Source: Octopus vulgaris
Lineage: Eukaryota
Length of the DNA: 64,000 nt
Reading direction: 5' to 3'
Assembly (NCBI GenBank): GCA_951406725.2
Contig: OX597822.1
Location: 37,696,001-37,760,000 of the forward strand
Shown here: in pieces, positions 1 to 11,809 of the stretch
Layout: the number at the start of each line of letters is the position of its first letter
Position numbering within the stretch: position 1 is the first letter of the stretch
Program-made: the position numbers and the translations under genes
The notes under the pieces: model-generated
The model's input: only the letters and a program-made list of their open reading frames with translations
Databases searched by the model: none
Told to the model about the DNA's origin: nothing

Positions 1-408
1 GTTTGGAAAGTTTTTGTTCACTTTGAAAGAGGAAGCTTGTATTATTGAACAAAGGGTAGTTTTAAGTGGGTTTGCATTCAGGATTAAGAAGGCAAAGTCA
101 GTCTGCTACAGGTAACTTATCCATGTGAGCAGAGTTCAGTCAAATGTTTAGCAATATGATTAGACATGTCAGTATTGACAACTGCCTTATAGTTGTGGCC
201 TTTGTATTGTTGCACCGTCTTGAAAGATATAATATCTATGTATGTAATGTATATAGTAAACTGTTGATAATAGGACAAGCCTTTGACCTAGTTTCTTGTT
301 ATACATTGTACTGTTACAGAAAATAACACCACTCTTGGGAGAAGCACCAGTGTCAGAATTTCCATTTTTACTTTTAATGAATACACACACTATGGATGTA
401 TCTAGAAA

Positions 409-468
<60 letters not shown>

Positions 469-1387
469 GTATGCACTTGATAGATATATCAGCTTCCTAT
501 TTCTCATCTATCTATGGTTTTATTTTGCTGTTGCTCTCTCCTCTCCCTTTTATTCTGTCACATCTTCCCTTTGACACAATTTTATTTCCCTCACTTTCCC
601 CCAAATTAATTCACCGGTGACCATAATTCCACATGCCTTTTGCTATTCATTGAATTCACCTCTATCCGCATCTCTAACCATTTGTCACTCCTTTCACACT
701 CCATAAATTTACCTACCCATCTTTTCTAATCCTCTGTCTGTATTGTCTTAAAATCTTTTCCTTGTATATCTTGAGTATGCCTTGATGCATTTTCATTACT
801 ATCTCTTATCTTTGTTTCCAACTGGAATAGCCTTGTTTCTCTGCAGCAAAACACCTGTTCCTGTCCTATCATACTTTAACCTCTCAACATCTAGCATAAT
901 CTAGCTCCAATACTACACCGCCACTCAATTGAGGAGTTTTGTCTTCAAAAGTTTCTTGGTACCAATACTATGAGAAAGAAAAGCATTCAGTACACTATAA
1001 AATAGGTGTTAGGAAGGGCATCCAGGTGTAGAAAGCATTTCAAAGCAGACATTGGAGCTTGATCTGGTCCCCTAGCTTACCCCTCATAGTAATCTTCTTG
1101 TCCCCTAGCATGAAACTGCCCCTCACCCCGGTTTGTACTCCTTAGAACGGCATGGCAACCTCAACAGTGCAGGCAGCATGATAAAAGACCCATTCCATGC
1201 TGTAAAGTTGGCATTAGGAAGGGCATTCAGCTGTAAAAGCCATTCCAAAACAAACATTGGAGCTTGATAGCTCTTCTATTGGACCTGTCTAATCATTAAA
1301 ACATTGATTTAATTATGAACATAGAAAGAAATTATACATTAATCCCTATTTTGTAAGCAGTTGTATTCGTAAAAATTTTATTTGCAG

Positions 1388-1590
1388 AGAGCAGAAATTG
1401 AGAGATATATGAAATGGATGTGTGTGTATGTGAGAGAGGAGACAGCATAGCGAAAGTTTTAGCTGACTGTCATACCGTACCCCCCCTTGTTGCTAGCAAA
1501 ATGGTATATGCCTGCTGTGTGAGCAACTGGTTGTTTTAATGGTGGAACAAACGGGAATTCCATTAGAAAAAGTTTTAATTGATTTTCTCG
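1388..1590 (+). other. Candidate non-coding or poison cassette exon upstream of the first visible p23 coding exon
   Basis: TTTTATTTGCAG acceptor ending 1387 and CG|GTAAGT donor at 1591. No ATG-initiated frame in it joins the p23 frame at 7394. Confidence 0.4.
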
Positions 1591-1943
1591 GTAAGTATGG
1601 GAGCTAGGAAAAAATACAAGCGGCATTCCAATCTATGCACCCGTCTGCACGTGTGCCATTTTTCACACAAATCCACCCAGCTGTTTGGCTGTGAACCTCA
1701 AGACAAGAAAGAATGCAACGATTGCCCATGTCCAATTTATATTATAGATATGTGTATCAGCTCCTTTTTCTGAGTATTTCTCTCTTTTTTATAGTTCCTC
1801 ATTTATGTTGGTGCCCCTGATTGGCAAGGCTGGTTTTTGCAGGAAACAATTGTCACATTCGATGTTTGGTGGTGGTCTTGGTTGTAGTTGGCTGGTCTCT
1901 TGTCATAGCTGTTTGCCTTCTTCATGTCTTCAATGTTCTTTAA

Positions 1944-3397
1944 CCCTTTCGTTACTATATTTCTGACCAAAATACACCCCTCATGAGTTTCAATTAAATT
2001 CTAAAATAATCATGAATTTAGGCTTGTTTCATTAAATAACTGTAACTTTTTTACTTATCAACATTTTAATGTGATATTTGGAACATAATTAAAGAAAGGG
2101 TTCTTAATCAATTCTATTGCATAACTTTTGTCTCAAAGTGACTTTAATTACAGGTAAATCCAGGTAAATTGAGCAAAAGGTAAAAATATTAAAATTCTAA
2201 ATGGAGCAAAAAATAAAAAAATAAAAATTTTGTTTAAACATCACTATAGAAAATGAATCATCAGCTAATATTCAAATGGGTATGCAACAAAATTTTGATA
2301 AAGAAGAATTGTGCACATCACTAGATCAGTTGAATTTAATGCACAACAGGTGTACCATAAAGGTGGAATAAACTGAAATATTGGAATCCACCGTAAGTTT
2401 GACCGAACTAAAGAAATCGGTCAAAAAATAATATACGGCCCTGGTTATGGAATGGAAGTGATAAATTCCAGACCACATCGTTCCCTTGGCCATGCTGACT
2501 AACATTATTTTCCCTGTATAAAAACTAAATCCATGCAGTACCCAGTATTTGCTTCACAAATTTCCCAAACTTTGAACCCCGATTTTGGGTTTGTTTACAA
2601 TCTGCGTAAGTTTGTTTCCACATTGATCGCTTCAAACAATAACTTCCAGACCACATTGTACCCTAAGCCATGCTGACTAACATTAGTTTCCCTGTATAAA
2701 AACTAAATCCACAACAGTACCCAGTATTTGCTTCACAAATTTCCCAAACTTTGAACCCCGATTTTGGGTTTGTTTACAATCTGCGTAAGTTTGTTTCCGA
2801 AGTGATCGCTTCAAACTAGCATACTGAAAAAAATAAAAGTCTAATGGTTTCACTTCCTAAGAAAGACTATAGATAAACTTTATCTCCTCAGAAAAATTGC
2901 TAATAAAAACATTTAAAAAGTTTTTTTACTTCATTCCTATGTAAAATCGTCTTCGCTGTCGCCTTCACCGCTTTGTTTCTTCGGAATGCGCTGCTTTCAT
3001 TTTCGGATAAAAAAATATTCATTATTTTATACACCACGTGCTTTAGTACCTATTTCATTCTTTTTCTTGATATCTCCCTATTTTCCGTTGGAAAAGCTTT
3101 AAATTTGGAATCAATGCTTGATAACATGAAACTCCATTTTCAAAGTTGAAGAAAAATCGATGCCGAAAACATGTGGAAAAAAATCTCCCAAAATTCACTG
3201 AGTTGAGATATCACTTCAAGCAATGTTGGATACTATAACTTAACTATTTACAATGTGAAATCACATGCTTTAACGAATGTACCAACGAGATTTGGGTTGA
3301 AATTTACATTTAAATAACAATGGGTTCTCACGGCCGGGTTGGTATTATAAACCAAAAAATTTTTCGGTCGGCTACAGCCGGGTTAGTAACGAAAGGG
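1944..3397. mobile_element. Non-autonomous piggyBac-type DNA transposon, copy 1
   Basis: TTAA|CCCTTTCGTTACT ... AGTAACGAAAGGG|TTAA termini. Internal ~180-bp tandem duplication (~2465-2815). Highly similar to 5161-6589. Confidence 0.85.
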
Positions 3398-3401
3398 TTA
3401 A

Positions 3402-3609
3402 CCCTTTCGTTACTGTATTTATTTTGAGATGCTCTGTGTTTCTTTCAATTACTTTAAATATAACAAAGAATTTAGTAAAATAACTTAGTTATCATTCAGC
3501 TAGTGTTAGGAACATAGTGTGACTAAGGTTTGGTGGAAGATTTTAATTCAAAACTTATGAAAACAAAATATTTGTACTCAGAACAAGTGCCGGGTTGGTA
3601 ACGGAAGGG
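3402..3609. mobile_element. piggyBac-type MITE sharing the TIR of the adjacent element
   Basis: CCCTTTCGTTAC ... GTAACGGAAGGG flanked by TTAA. Shares TTAA 3398-3401 with copy 1. A diverged inverted relative lies at ~16968-17180. Confidence 0.8.
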
Positions 3610-3679
3610 TTAAAATGTTTTACACCAATCTTGAAGTGACGCTCTATTCTATTGGTCAGTCTTTGTAATCAAAGTCTGT

Positions 3680-6600
3680 ACAGATTGTAATGCAGTTTGG
3701 GTTTGTGCCTGGGAAAAGCACCGCTGATGTTATGTTTCTAGTAAGACAACTGCAGGAGAAATACCTAACCAAAGATAAATCTCTGTACCTAGCTTTCATT
3801 GACATGGAGCAAGCCTTTGACAGGGTTCCCTGATCCCTTATCTGGTGGTCAATGAGGAAACTAGGGATAGATGAATGGTTAGTGAGAGCTGTACAAGCCA
3901 TTTACAGGGATGCTGTCAGTAAGGTGAGGGTTGGCAACGAGTACAGTGAAGAATTCCGGGTAGGGGTCCACCAAGAATCAGTCCTCAGCCCCTCTTATTC
4001 ATCAGTCATCCAGGCAATAACAGAGGCATTCAAGACAGGATGTCCCTGGGAGCATCTCTATGCTGATGACCTTGCACTAATAGCTGAGTCAGTATCAAAC
4101 TAGAGAAGTTTCAGGTGTGGAAGCAAGTAAACTATGGACACATAAGAGGTGCAGCAATATCAAAGGAAGGCTAATTGGGAAGATAGTTTTTGTGTGTGGC
4201 AAATGCTCAGCAGCAATAAACTCTAAAAATGTGCAGAAAACAGCTTTCGTCAAATTCCAGGGGGAAAAACTAGAAGTAGTTGATAGCTTCCGTTACCTAG
4301 GTAACCTAGTCAGTAGCTGGGGTGGATGCTCTGAAAGTGTAGCTGCTAGAATAAGAATAACCTGAGCAAAGTTCAGAGCTCCTACCTCTTGCTGGTGACA
4401 AAGAATCTCTTGCTCAGAGTAAGAGGGAGACTGTATGATGCATGTGTGCGAACAGCCATGCTACATGTCAGTGAAACATGGGCCGTGACTGCTGAGGACA
4501 TGCTTGCAAGGAATGAAGCCAGTATGCTCTGCTGAATGAGTAATGTCAGTTTGCATACACGACAGTAAGCACTGAGAAAAGATGGACTAAAGAAGCATCA
4601 GATGTCGTGTGCAAAAGAGACGACTGTGCTGGTAAGTGTCACACCCTAACAGTAGAGGGGACCTGTGGAAGAGGTAAACCCAGGAAGACCTGGGATGAGG
4701 TGGTGAAGCACGACCTTCGAACATTGGGCTGCACCGAGGCAATGTGACCAAGACCTTTGGAGATATGCTGTGCTTGAAAAGACCTGGCAAGCCAATTGAG
4801 TCTGTAACCGTGGCCTATGCCAGTGCAACATAATCAGCCCATTTAAGAGTGGCCTTCAACCATTGGGCAATAAACTGTGCTTGTGAAGACCTGTTGAGGC
4901 AAGTGAAATTGTTGTTGTGGCCAATGGCAGTACCGCTTGACTGGCACCTGTGCCAGTGGAATGTTAAAAGCATCATTTGAGCATGATTGTTGCCATGCCA
5001 CCTGACTGGCTCCTATGTCGATGGCACATAAAAAGCACCTTTTGAGCGTGATCGTTGCCAGTGCAGCCTGACTGGCTCCTGTGCTGGTGTCATGTAAAAA
5101 GCACCCGCTACACTCTTGGAGTGGTTGGCGTTAAGAAGGTATCAAGCTGTAGAAACTTAACCCTTTCGTTACTATATTTCTGACCAAAATACACCCCTCA
5201 TGAGTTTCAATTAAATTCTAAAATAATCATGAGTTTCAATTAAATTCTAAAATAATCAATAAGGATTGTTTCATTAAATAACTGTAACTTTTTTTTACTT
5301 ATCAACATATTAAAGTGATATTTGGAACATAAATAAAGAAAGGGTTCTTAATCAATTCTATTGCATAACTTTTGTCTCAGTGACTTTAATTACAGGTAAA
5401 TCCAGGTAAATTGAGCAAAAGGTTAAAATATTAAAATTTTGTTTAAACATCACCATAGAAAATGAATCATCAGCTAATATTCAGTCGGGTATGCAACAAA
5501 ATTTTGATAAAGAAGAATTGTGCACATCACTAGATTATCAGTTGTATTTAATGCACAACAGGTGTACCATAAAGGTGGAATAAACTGAAATACTGGAATC
5601 CACCACAAGTTTGACCGAACTAAAGAAATCGGTCAAAAAATAATATACGGCCCTGGTTATGGTATGGAAGTGATAAATTCCAGACCACATTGTTCCCTTG
5701 GCCATGCTGACTAACATTATTTTCCCTGTATAAAAACTAAATCCACGCAGTACCCAGTATTTACTTCACAAATTTTTCGAAATTTGAACCCCCATTTTGT
5801 GTTTTGTTTACATTCTGCGTAAGTTTGTTTCCGCATTGATCGCTTCAAACAATAACTTCCAGATCACATCGTACCCTAAGCCATGCTTACTAACATTAGT
5901 TTCCCTGTATAAAAACTAAATCCACAACAGTACCCAGTATATTTGCTACACAAATTTTCCAAACTTTGAACCTCCATTTTGTGTTTGTTTACAATCTGAT
6001 AAATTTATTTTCGAAGTGATCGCTTCAAACTAGCATACTGAAAAAAATAAAAGTCTAATGGTTTCACTTCCTAAGAAAGACTATAGATAAACTTTATCTC
6101 CTCAGAAAAATTGCTAATAAAAACATTTCTAAAGTTTTTTTACTTCATTCCTATGTAAAATCGTCTTCGCTGTTGCCATTGCCGATTTGTTTCTTCGGAA
6201 TGCGCTGCTTTCATTTTCGGATAAAAAAAAAATCCTATTCATTATTTTGTACACCACGTGCTTTAAGACCTCATGCATTCTTTTTCTCGATATCTCCCTA
6301 TTTTCCGTTGGAAAAGCTTTAAATTCGGAATCAATGCTTGATAACATGAAACTCCTATCCATTTTCAAAGTTGAAGAAAAATCGATGCCAAAAAAAATGT
6401 GGAGTTGAGATAACACGTCAAGCAATGTCGGATACTATAAGCCAACTATTTACAAAGTGAAATCGCATGTTTTAACGAATGTACCAACGAGATTTGGGTT
6501 CAAATTTACATTTAAATAACAATAGGTTCTCAAGGCCGGGTTGGTATTATAAACCAAAAAATTTTTCGGCCGGGTTAGTAACGAAAGGGTTAACCAGATC

Positions 6601-6696
6601 AGATTGGAGCCTGGTGCAGCCTTCTGGCTTGCCAGCCCTCAGTCAAACCATCCAACCCATGCCAGCATGGAAAGTGGACATTAAACGACGATGATG
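3680..6696 (+). mobile_element. Degenerate 5'-truncated non-LTR retrotransposon (RTE-like RT + 3' UTR), interrupted by the piggyBac element at 5161-6589
   Basis: Fragments translate to QFGFVPGKSTAD..RQLQEK..AFIDMEQAFDRVP, GVHQxSVLSP, LYADDL and VVDSFRYLG, with frameshifts and stops. ~55-bp tandem repeats in the 3' UTR (~4905-5106). The tail resumes after 6593 and ends in (GAT)n. Confidence 0.85.
5161..6589. mobile_element. Non-autonomous piggyBac-type DNA transposon, copy 2
   Basis: Same TIRs as 1944-3397, TTAA duplication at 5157-5160 and 6590-6593. Splits the LINE tail. Confidence 0.85.
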
Positions 6697-7393
6697 TAGG
6701 GTAGAACAAAGTTAGGGTTATTACACATCTCCGCTTGAAGTTCTAACATTGTTTTCATACATCAACTGTCCTGTTCTTCAATCAAAGTGTCTGGATGAGT
6801 GCCACAAAACAATTGGGGCAACTGAATTGTTTTAGGACCATTCACGTGCTGGCACTCTGGTTATGATGAGGGTTCCAGTTGATCTGATCAAAAGAACAGC
6901 TTGCTCATGAAATTAACTTGCAAGCAGGTGAGCACATCACAGTCATGGGTACATTTAATGTAGTTCTCGGGGAGATTTAGCATGATACAGAATGTGACAT
7001 GGTTGGCTCTTTTAAGTTAAGGTATAACTTACTTTTGCCAGCTGAGTAAAATAAAGTGTCTTGTTCAGGGACACAATGTTCAGCTGGGAATCGAACTTCT
7101 GATCTTTCAAATGTGAGCAAAATGCCCTAACCACTAAGCCACATGCCTTCATACCATTCACATAGTTGTGCGAGGTATGGTGTTGGAATTCTTTTTGAGA
7201 TCATAGAAAACTGGTAACAAAAGTGTCTGTTCTCAGCATTTCCTGTTGGTGTCTTGTGCAAAATATCATGTTGATATTTCTTTTCACATAATTTTTTCAA
7301 TCAACATTACAAGCAGAAAACTACTGAGAGGGCAGTGTTTCTGCTACCTACATAAATATACTTGTGTTACAATTATGTTTTTTTTTTTTTTAG

Positions 7394-7513
7394 TGCCTCT
7401 CGTCCTAATGTGTCATGGGCTCAACGAAGAGACAAACTGTTGATCACAATACATGTTGCAGATTGTGTTGATCCTAAAATTCGTATTGCCGAAGGAAACA
7501 TCTTGAAATTTGA
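7394..7513 (+). CDS. PTGES3: p23/PTGES3 co-chaperone, first coding exon visible in the window (xASRPNVSWAQRRDKLLITIHVADCVDPKIRIAEGNILKF-E)
   Basis: Poly-T tract + TAG acceptor at 7381-7393, GTAAGT donor at 7514. Carries the P-x-V-x-WAQR-x-D-x-L-x-x-T-I-x-V-x-D signature of the p23/CS domain. Phase 2/2. Confidence 0.93.
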
Positions 7514-7680
7514 GTAAGTATCATTTATATTAAGACACTAGCTTTTTTTTTTTCAATAATTTTTGTGTAGATTTCAGTTCTAGTTATATATACATCTTAA
7601 GAAATATCTGTTTGCAGTTAGCTTATGTTTTTATTTAATCATTTAAAATTGTTTTTAACATAATTCAACTTTCGTTTCAG

Positions 7681-7747
7681 AGGAGAAGGGGGACCACAAA
7701 AACAGAGTTTTAAAACTGAACTCAAGTTTTATAAAGAAGTTAAAGAT
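7681..7747 (+). CDS. PTGES3: p23/PTGES3 coding exon (E-GEGGPQKQSFKTELKFYKEVKD)
   Basis: TTTCAG acceptor ending 7680, GTGAGA donor at 7748. Continues the frame of the previous exon. Confidence 0.9.
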
Positions 7748-7963
7748 GTGAGAGCCTTTTACTTTTGCTATCCTGATACCTCATCTTGTTTGAAATGATC
7801 CATTTTACAAACATGTCTGTACTTGCTCATGTTTCTATTCATATTGATTGCTCATTATATCCTGACTTGATGCACTTTGCATGTGTTCCCCCTTTTAGAT
7901 ATGTTCAAGGTTCATTTCAATCAAATAAACACTAGTTGTTCTTCGACTCTTTCTCTCTGTATA

Positions 7964-8078
<115 letters not shown>

Positions 8079-9968
8079 TATATTGATTTCTTCTGTCTTA
8101 TATTGTTTATGACCAAGCTGACTTTTTCTCAGTTACTTTATTGAACAAAAGCAAATTTGAAACTTTTACTTAAAATTTTTTACTCTTTTTTTTTTGTTTG
8201 TTTGTTTTAAACAATTTCCAATAGCTCTCAATTCTTCAGGTTTTTGTTTCAAAATGTATTCAAACTGTTTCTAGATTGTTCTTAATCCTTTGGTGTTCAG
8301 ATGATGTTAAATGTAATGCTTTTTCATTATTGTGTAGCTTGGAGATTTTCAATGATGTGATTGTTTATTTTTAAAATGTCAGTGTAGCTTAGGTTTGAGA
8401 GGCTAGATATGGCCAGGTTGAATATAAAACATCTATAATTTTTGGGCCAGTTTAAACACTTATTTAAAAAAAATTTTAACTGTCATATCTTTCCTCACAT
8501 ATCTAGACTGGATGCTTCTTCAAATTTTGATATTATGTGGGTTGTTAAAATAATCAGTTTAGTTATATTAACAATTTGTTGCTATATTGCTTCATAGAGT
8601 TTAAGGCAGTAACATTTTGTTTAATCAGTTTATAACCTAAATATCTACTTTTCACCTGTAAATATTTATATAATCAAGAAGTCTATGAAGAGAATAACAA
8701 GGAAATAGATTAAGCAAAACCAGTCTATGTAAAATGTAAAGACCCTCTTTGGTCATGAATCATCATGATGACCCATGGGATAATGGTTATCAAGGCATAA
8801 GTCCAGACAAGATTATTTATGGAAGATTAGCAGTTGCCCATGCATACCAGCCCCCCCCCTTCTCCATGCCACTGATGTTATCTAAGGGAAAGGCAAAGAC
8901 TGATACAGCTTGGCACCAGTGATGTTGCAACTCATTTCTATGGATGAATCAACTGGAGCAATGTGAAATAAAGTTCCTTGCTCAAGAACAGAAAACAGTC
9001 TGGTCTGGGAATCGAATGCACTCTTCATGATTGTGAGCCTGACACTCTAAACTCATGCCTTCACTGGGAAATTATCATTCAGCAATAACAGTCCAGAAGC
9101 AGAAAGATGCAGGCCATTTATGTTAGTCTGCGTGCACCAAAGCTCTTCTGAAGATGATAACAGTAAGGATATGAGCCTCTCAAACATCTCTCTTTTCCAT
9201 GCTAACATTGTTTTAGATGGCAGTGTATTTGCGACAAGATTTCATGACTGAATACTCAGGTCTTTGAAAGTGCAGAGAAACAAGTCCTGTCAACAAGGAA
9301 TGTAAACATTATTCAGTTCTGTTCAAGCTTAGCTGTGGGATAATATACACACAAAGGCTTTCTGCAGTTTCTGTTTACCAAATTGACTCACAAGGCATTG
9401 GTCAATCCAGGTATATAGTAGAGATCCAAAGTGTTACACACACTAGGACTGAAAACCATGTGTTTGTCTGACAATGTTTTGCTTTTCTCTCAACAGTTAG
9501 TGTTACTACATATGCTCACCTCACAATTTGGTGTATAGTGAAAAAGCAGTCATGGTACTTATATACCAAACCAGGTATTGCCACCACTCATCGCCTGGTC
9601 ACTGTGGTTGAGCTCAGGGGGGATAGATAATTTAAATCACCTTTTCCTTTATGTAGTTGTTTGCTAATTTCTTTCTGCCATTGGATTATTTTACTTTTAT
9701 AGCTTTTTTTTTGATATCCAATGATGGCTCTTTTCTAATTGCAATCACTGTGGCATATGTTCCCACAGTTTCTAAGTCCACTGCAAATTTGAACTGGAAA
9801 AGAAAAACTCAAAAAGTAATATACAATTTAGTTTACATCCAACATATAAGTTTGTTTCTGTAGTTATTGTCTGTATCATCTCTTGAAGGAAAACTGGGAT
9901 TGTTTGTCATACTTAAAAAAAATAATGAATAGTTTTTTAAATGTTGATTTGTATTTTCATATTTTTAG

Positions 9969-10064
9969 GAGTTCAAACAAACTATTGGGGGAAGAGAGTT
10001 AAATTTAGTAATAAAAAAGGTGGAAGAAAATTGGTGGCCTAGACTGCTACTGGAAGAAAAAAAG
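9969..10064 (+). CDS. PTGES3: p23/PTGES3 coding exon (EFKQTIGGRELNLVIKKVEENWWPRLLLEEKK)
   Basis: TTTTTAG acceptor, GTATGT donor at 10065. Contains the p23 WPRL motif. Confidence 0.95.
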
Positions 10065-10084
10065 GTATGTTTTATGACAACAAT

Positions 10085-10458
10085 ATTGTTGGTTATTTAT
10101 TTATTTGTTTCAGTAATTTGACTGCAGCCATGCTGGAGCACCGCCTTTAGTTGAGCAAATTCACCAGAGTACTTACTCTTTGTGAGCCTAGTACTTATTC
10201 TATTGGTTTGTTTTGCTATACTGCTAAGTTACAGGGATGTAAACACACCAGCATTGGTTGTCAATCGATGTTGTGGGGACAAACACGGACACACAAACAT
10301 ATATATGATGGGCTTCTTTCAGTTTCTGTCTACCAAATCTACTCATGGCTTTGATCGTCCTGAGGCTATAGTAGACACTAGCCCAAGGTGCCATGCAGTG
10401 GAATTGAACCCGGAACCATGTGGTCAGTAAGCAAGCTACTTACCACACAGCCACTCCT
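10085..10458 (-). mobile_element. tRNA-derived SINE (abundant family; also at 26705-27201, 53528-54003 and as fragments at ~20190-20540, 47530-47750, 48247-48390)
   Basis: Pol III-type head (GTGGCTGTGTGGTAAG...GGTTCAATTCC on minus), shared body and internal microsatellite. Multiple copies in the window. Confidence 0.8.
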
Positions 10459-11809
10459 TTGTTATATAATTTATTTTCATTTTACCACTTGCTCTTAACC
10501 ATTAAACTCTGACAATTGATGCTATATTCTAGTTATGCATGTGTGTATATGTATATATCATCGTGTCTGCTTTTCCATGCTTGCATGGGTCACAAAGAGT
10601 TTGAGGCAAATTTTCTATAACCAGATGCCCTTTCTTTTTGCCAACCCATAGGTAATATTTCCCTGTAGCTCGACATGTTTTTGCAGAATATTGGAGCATT
10701 TTACGACTGTTAAACAATGTTAAGTCAAGAGGACACAAGCATGTACTTGCTTGCTTGCTCACTAAGACTTGTGTATATCACATCTGTCTGTCTAATACAC
10801 ACACATACCCACAGCAAGTCTAGAAAGGAAAGGCAGTGCTTGTAATTGTTTTCATTCTATGGCAAAAAGATATGGGTAGTGGGCACAAGTGCTTTATAGA
10901 GTAAGAATTCAGTTGTATATCACTTCTGGAATGTATCATTCTGACTACTGCTTCATATGTTGATAGCATCTCATTAAGTAATGCATCCATCAACTGCAAG
11001 TTCTGTTTCACTGAGTGTGAAGAAGTCAGTGTCTTCTTCTGAAGAGTTCTGGATAGAACCGAAGTGGTGAAATAGGTGACTTAAGTCAGGAGTAGGAATT
11101 GCAACTGGGTCAGCTTTGATAGTTTTATCCCTTTAGTGTTATGTCAAATGTAATGCTTATTTGTTCACATTATTTTGAATTATTCAGGCTCAAGAGGAGT
11201 GTCCACAATATTTGCTTGTAACTTCAATTATTTTACATAAAGATTTGAAATTTCGTCAGTGGGTTCTTATATATCAGTGGTTTATAGTTATGTAATTTTA
11301 GCTGTTCTTTCTGATTAAATTTGACTTTTATGGGCAGGTAAATTTAATCAACAGGTGTAAAAGCAATAACATTACGGTTAAACACCAAAATTGAAATTTC
11401 TAATGCATCTTACCTGTTTTGTTGCTAAAATCATCCCAGATGTGAACTGCCAACAATTTTATCACTTTTCAAAATGAGGTACATTAATTTGAATTGATTA
11501 AAATACAGGTATAATGAGTTCAAGATTTCATTCTTTCTCTATATCTCATTCAAAAATTTTCATTGAAAATAAAGTACAAAACTTTTTATTAGCCAATGGT
11601 ATATTAGCTATGTACTTTTATACAATTTAATGAATACATTTACATAACAGAATGCATCTAATAAAAAAACCCATTAACAGGTGAGACAAAGGTAAATACA
11701 GGTGTGTAACAAACTGAAAATTAATGTGTATTTTTCACTTTTACATATTTGTAATAAAATGAAAGGAATATATGATAATATTACTTTCAAACAACATAAT
11801 AGTTATGCC

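Noticed and set aside
1539-1590. ATG-initiated MVEQTGIPLEKVLIDFL as the p23 N-terminus
   Set aside because: It ends in phase 1, while exon 7394 needs phase 2. The joined frame stops at 7441-7443.
4905-5106. CRISPR-like repeat array
   Set aside because: These are degenerate tandem repeats without unique spacers in a LINE 3' UTR, in a eukaryotic context with no cas genes.
9483-9668. C/D or H/ACA snoRNA, snRNA, RNase P/MRP or SECIS identity for the intronic folds
   Set aside because: No properly placed C/D, H/ACA, Sm-site, CR-I/CR-V or SECIS core motifs were found by eye. Left unclassified pending cmscan.
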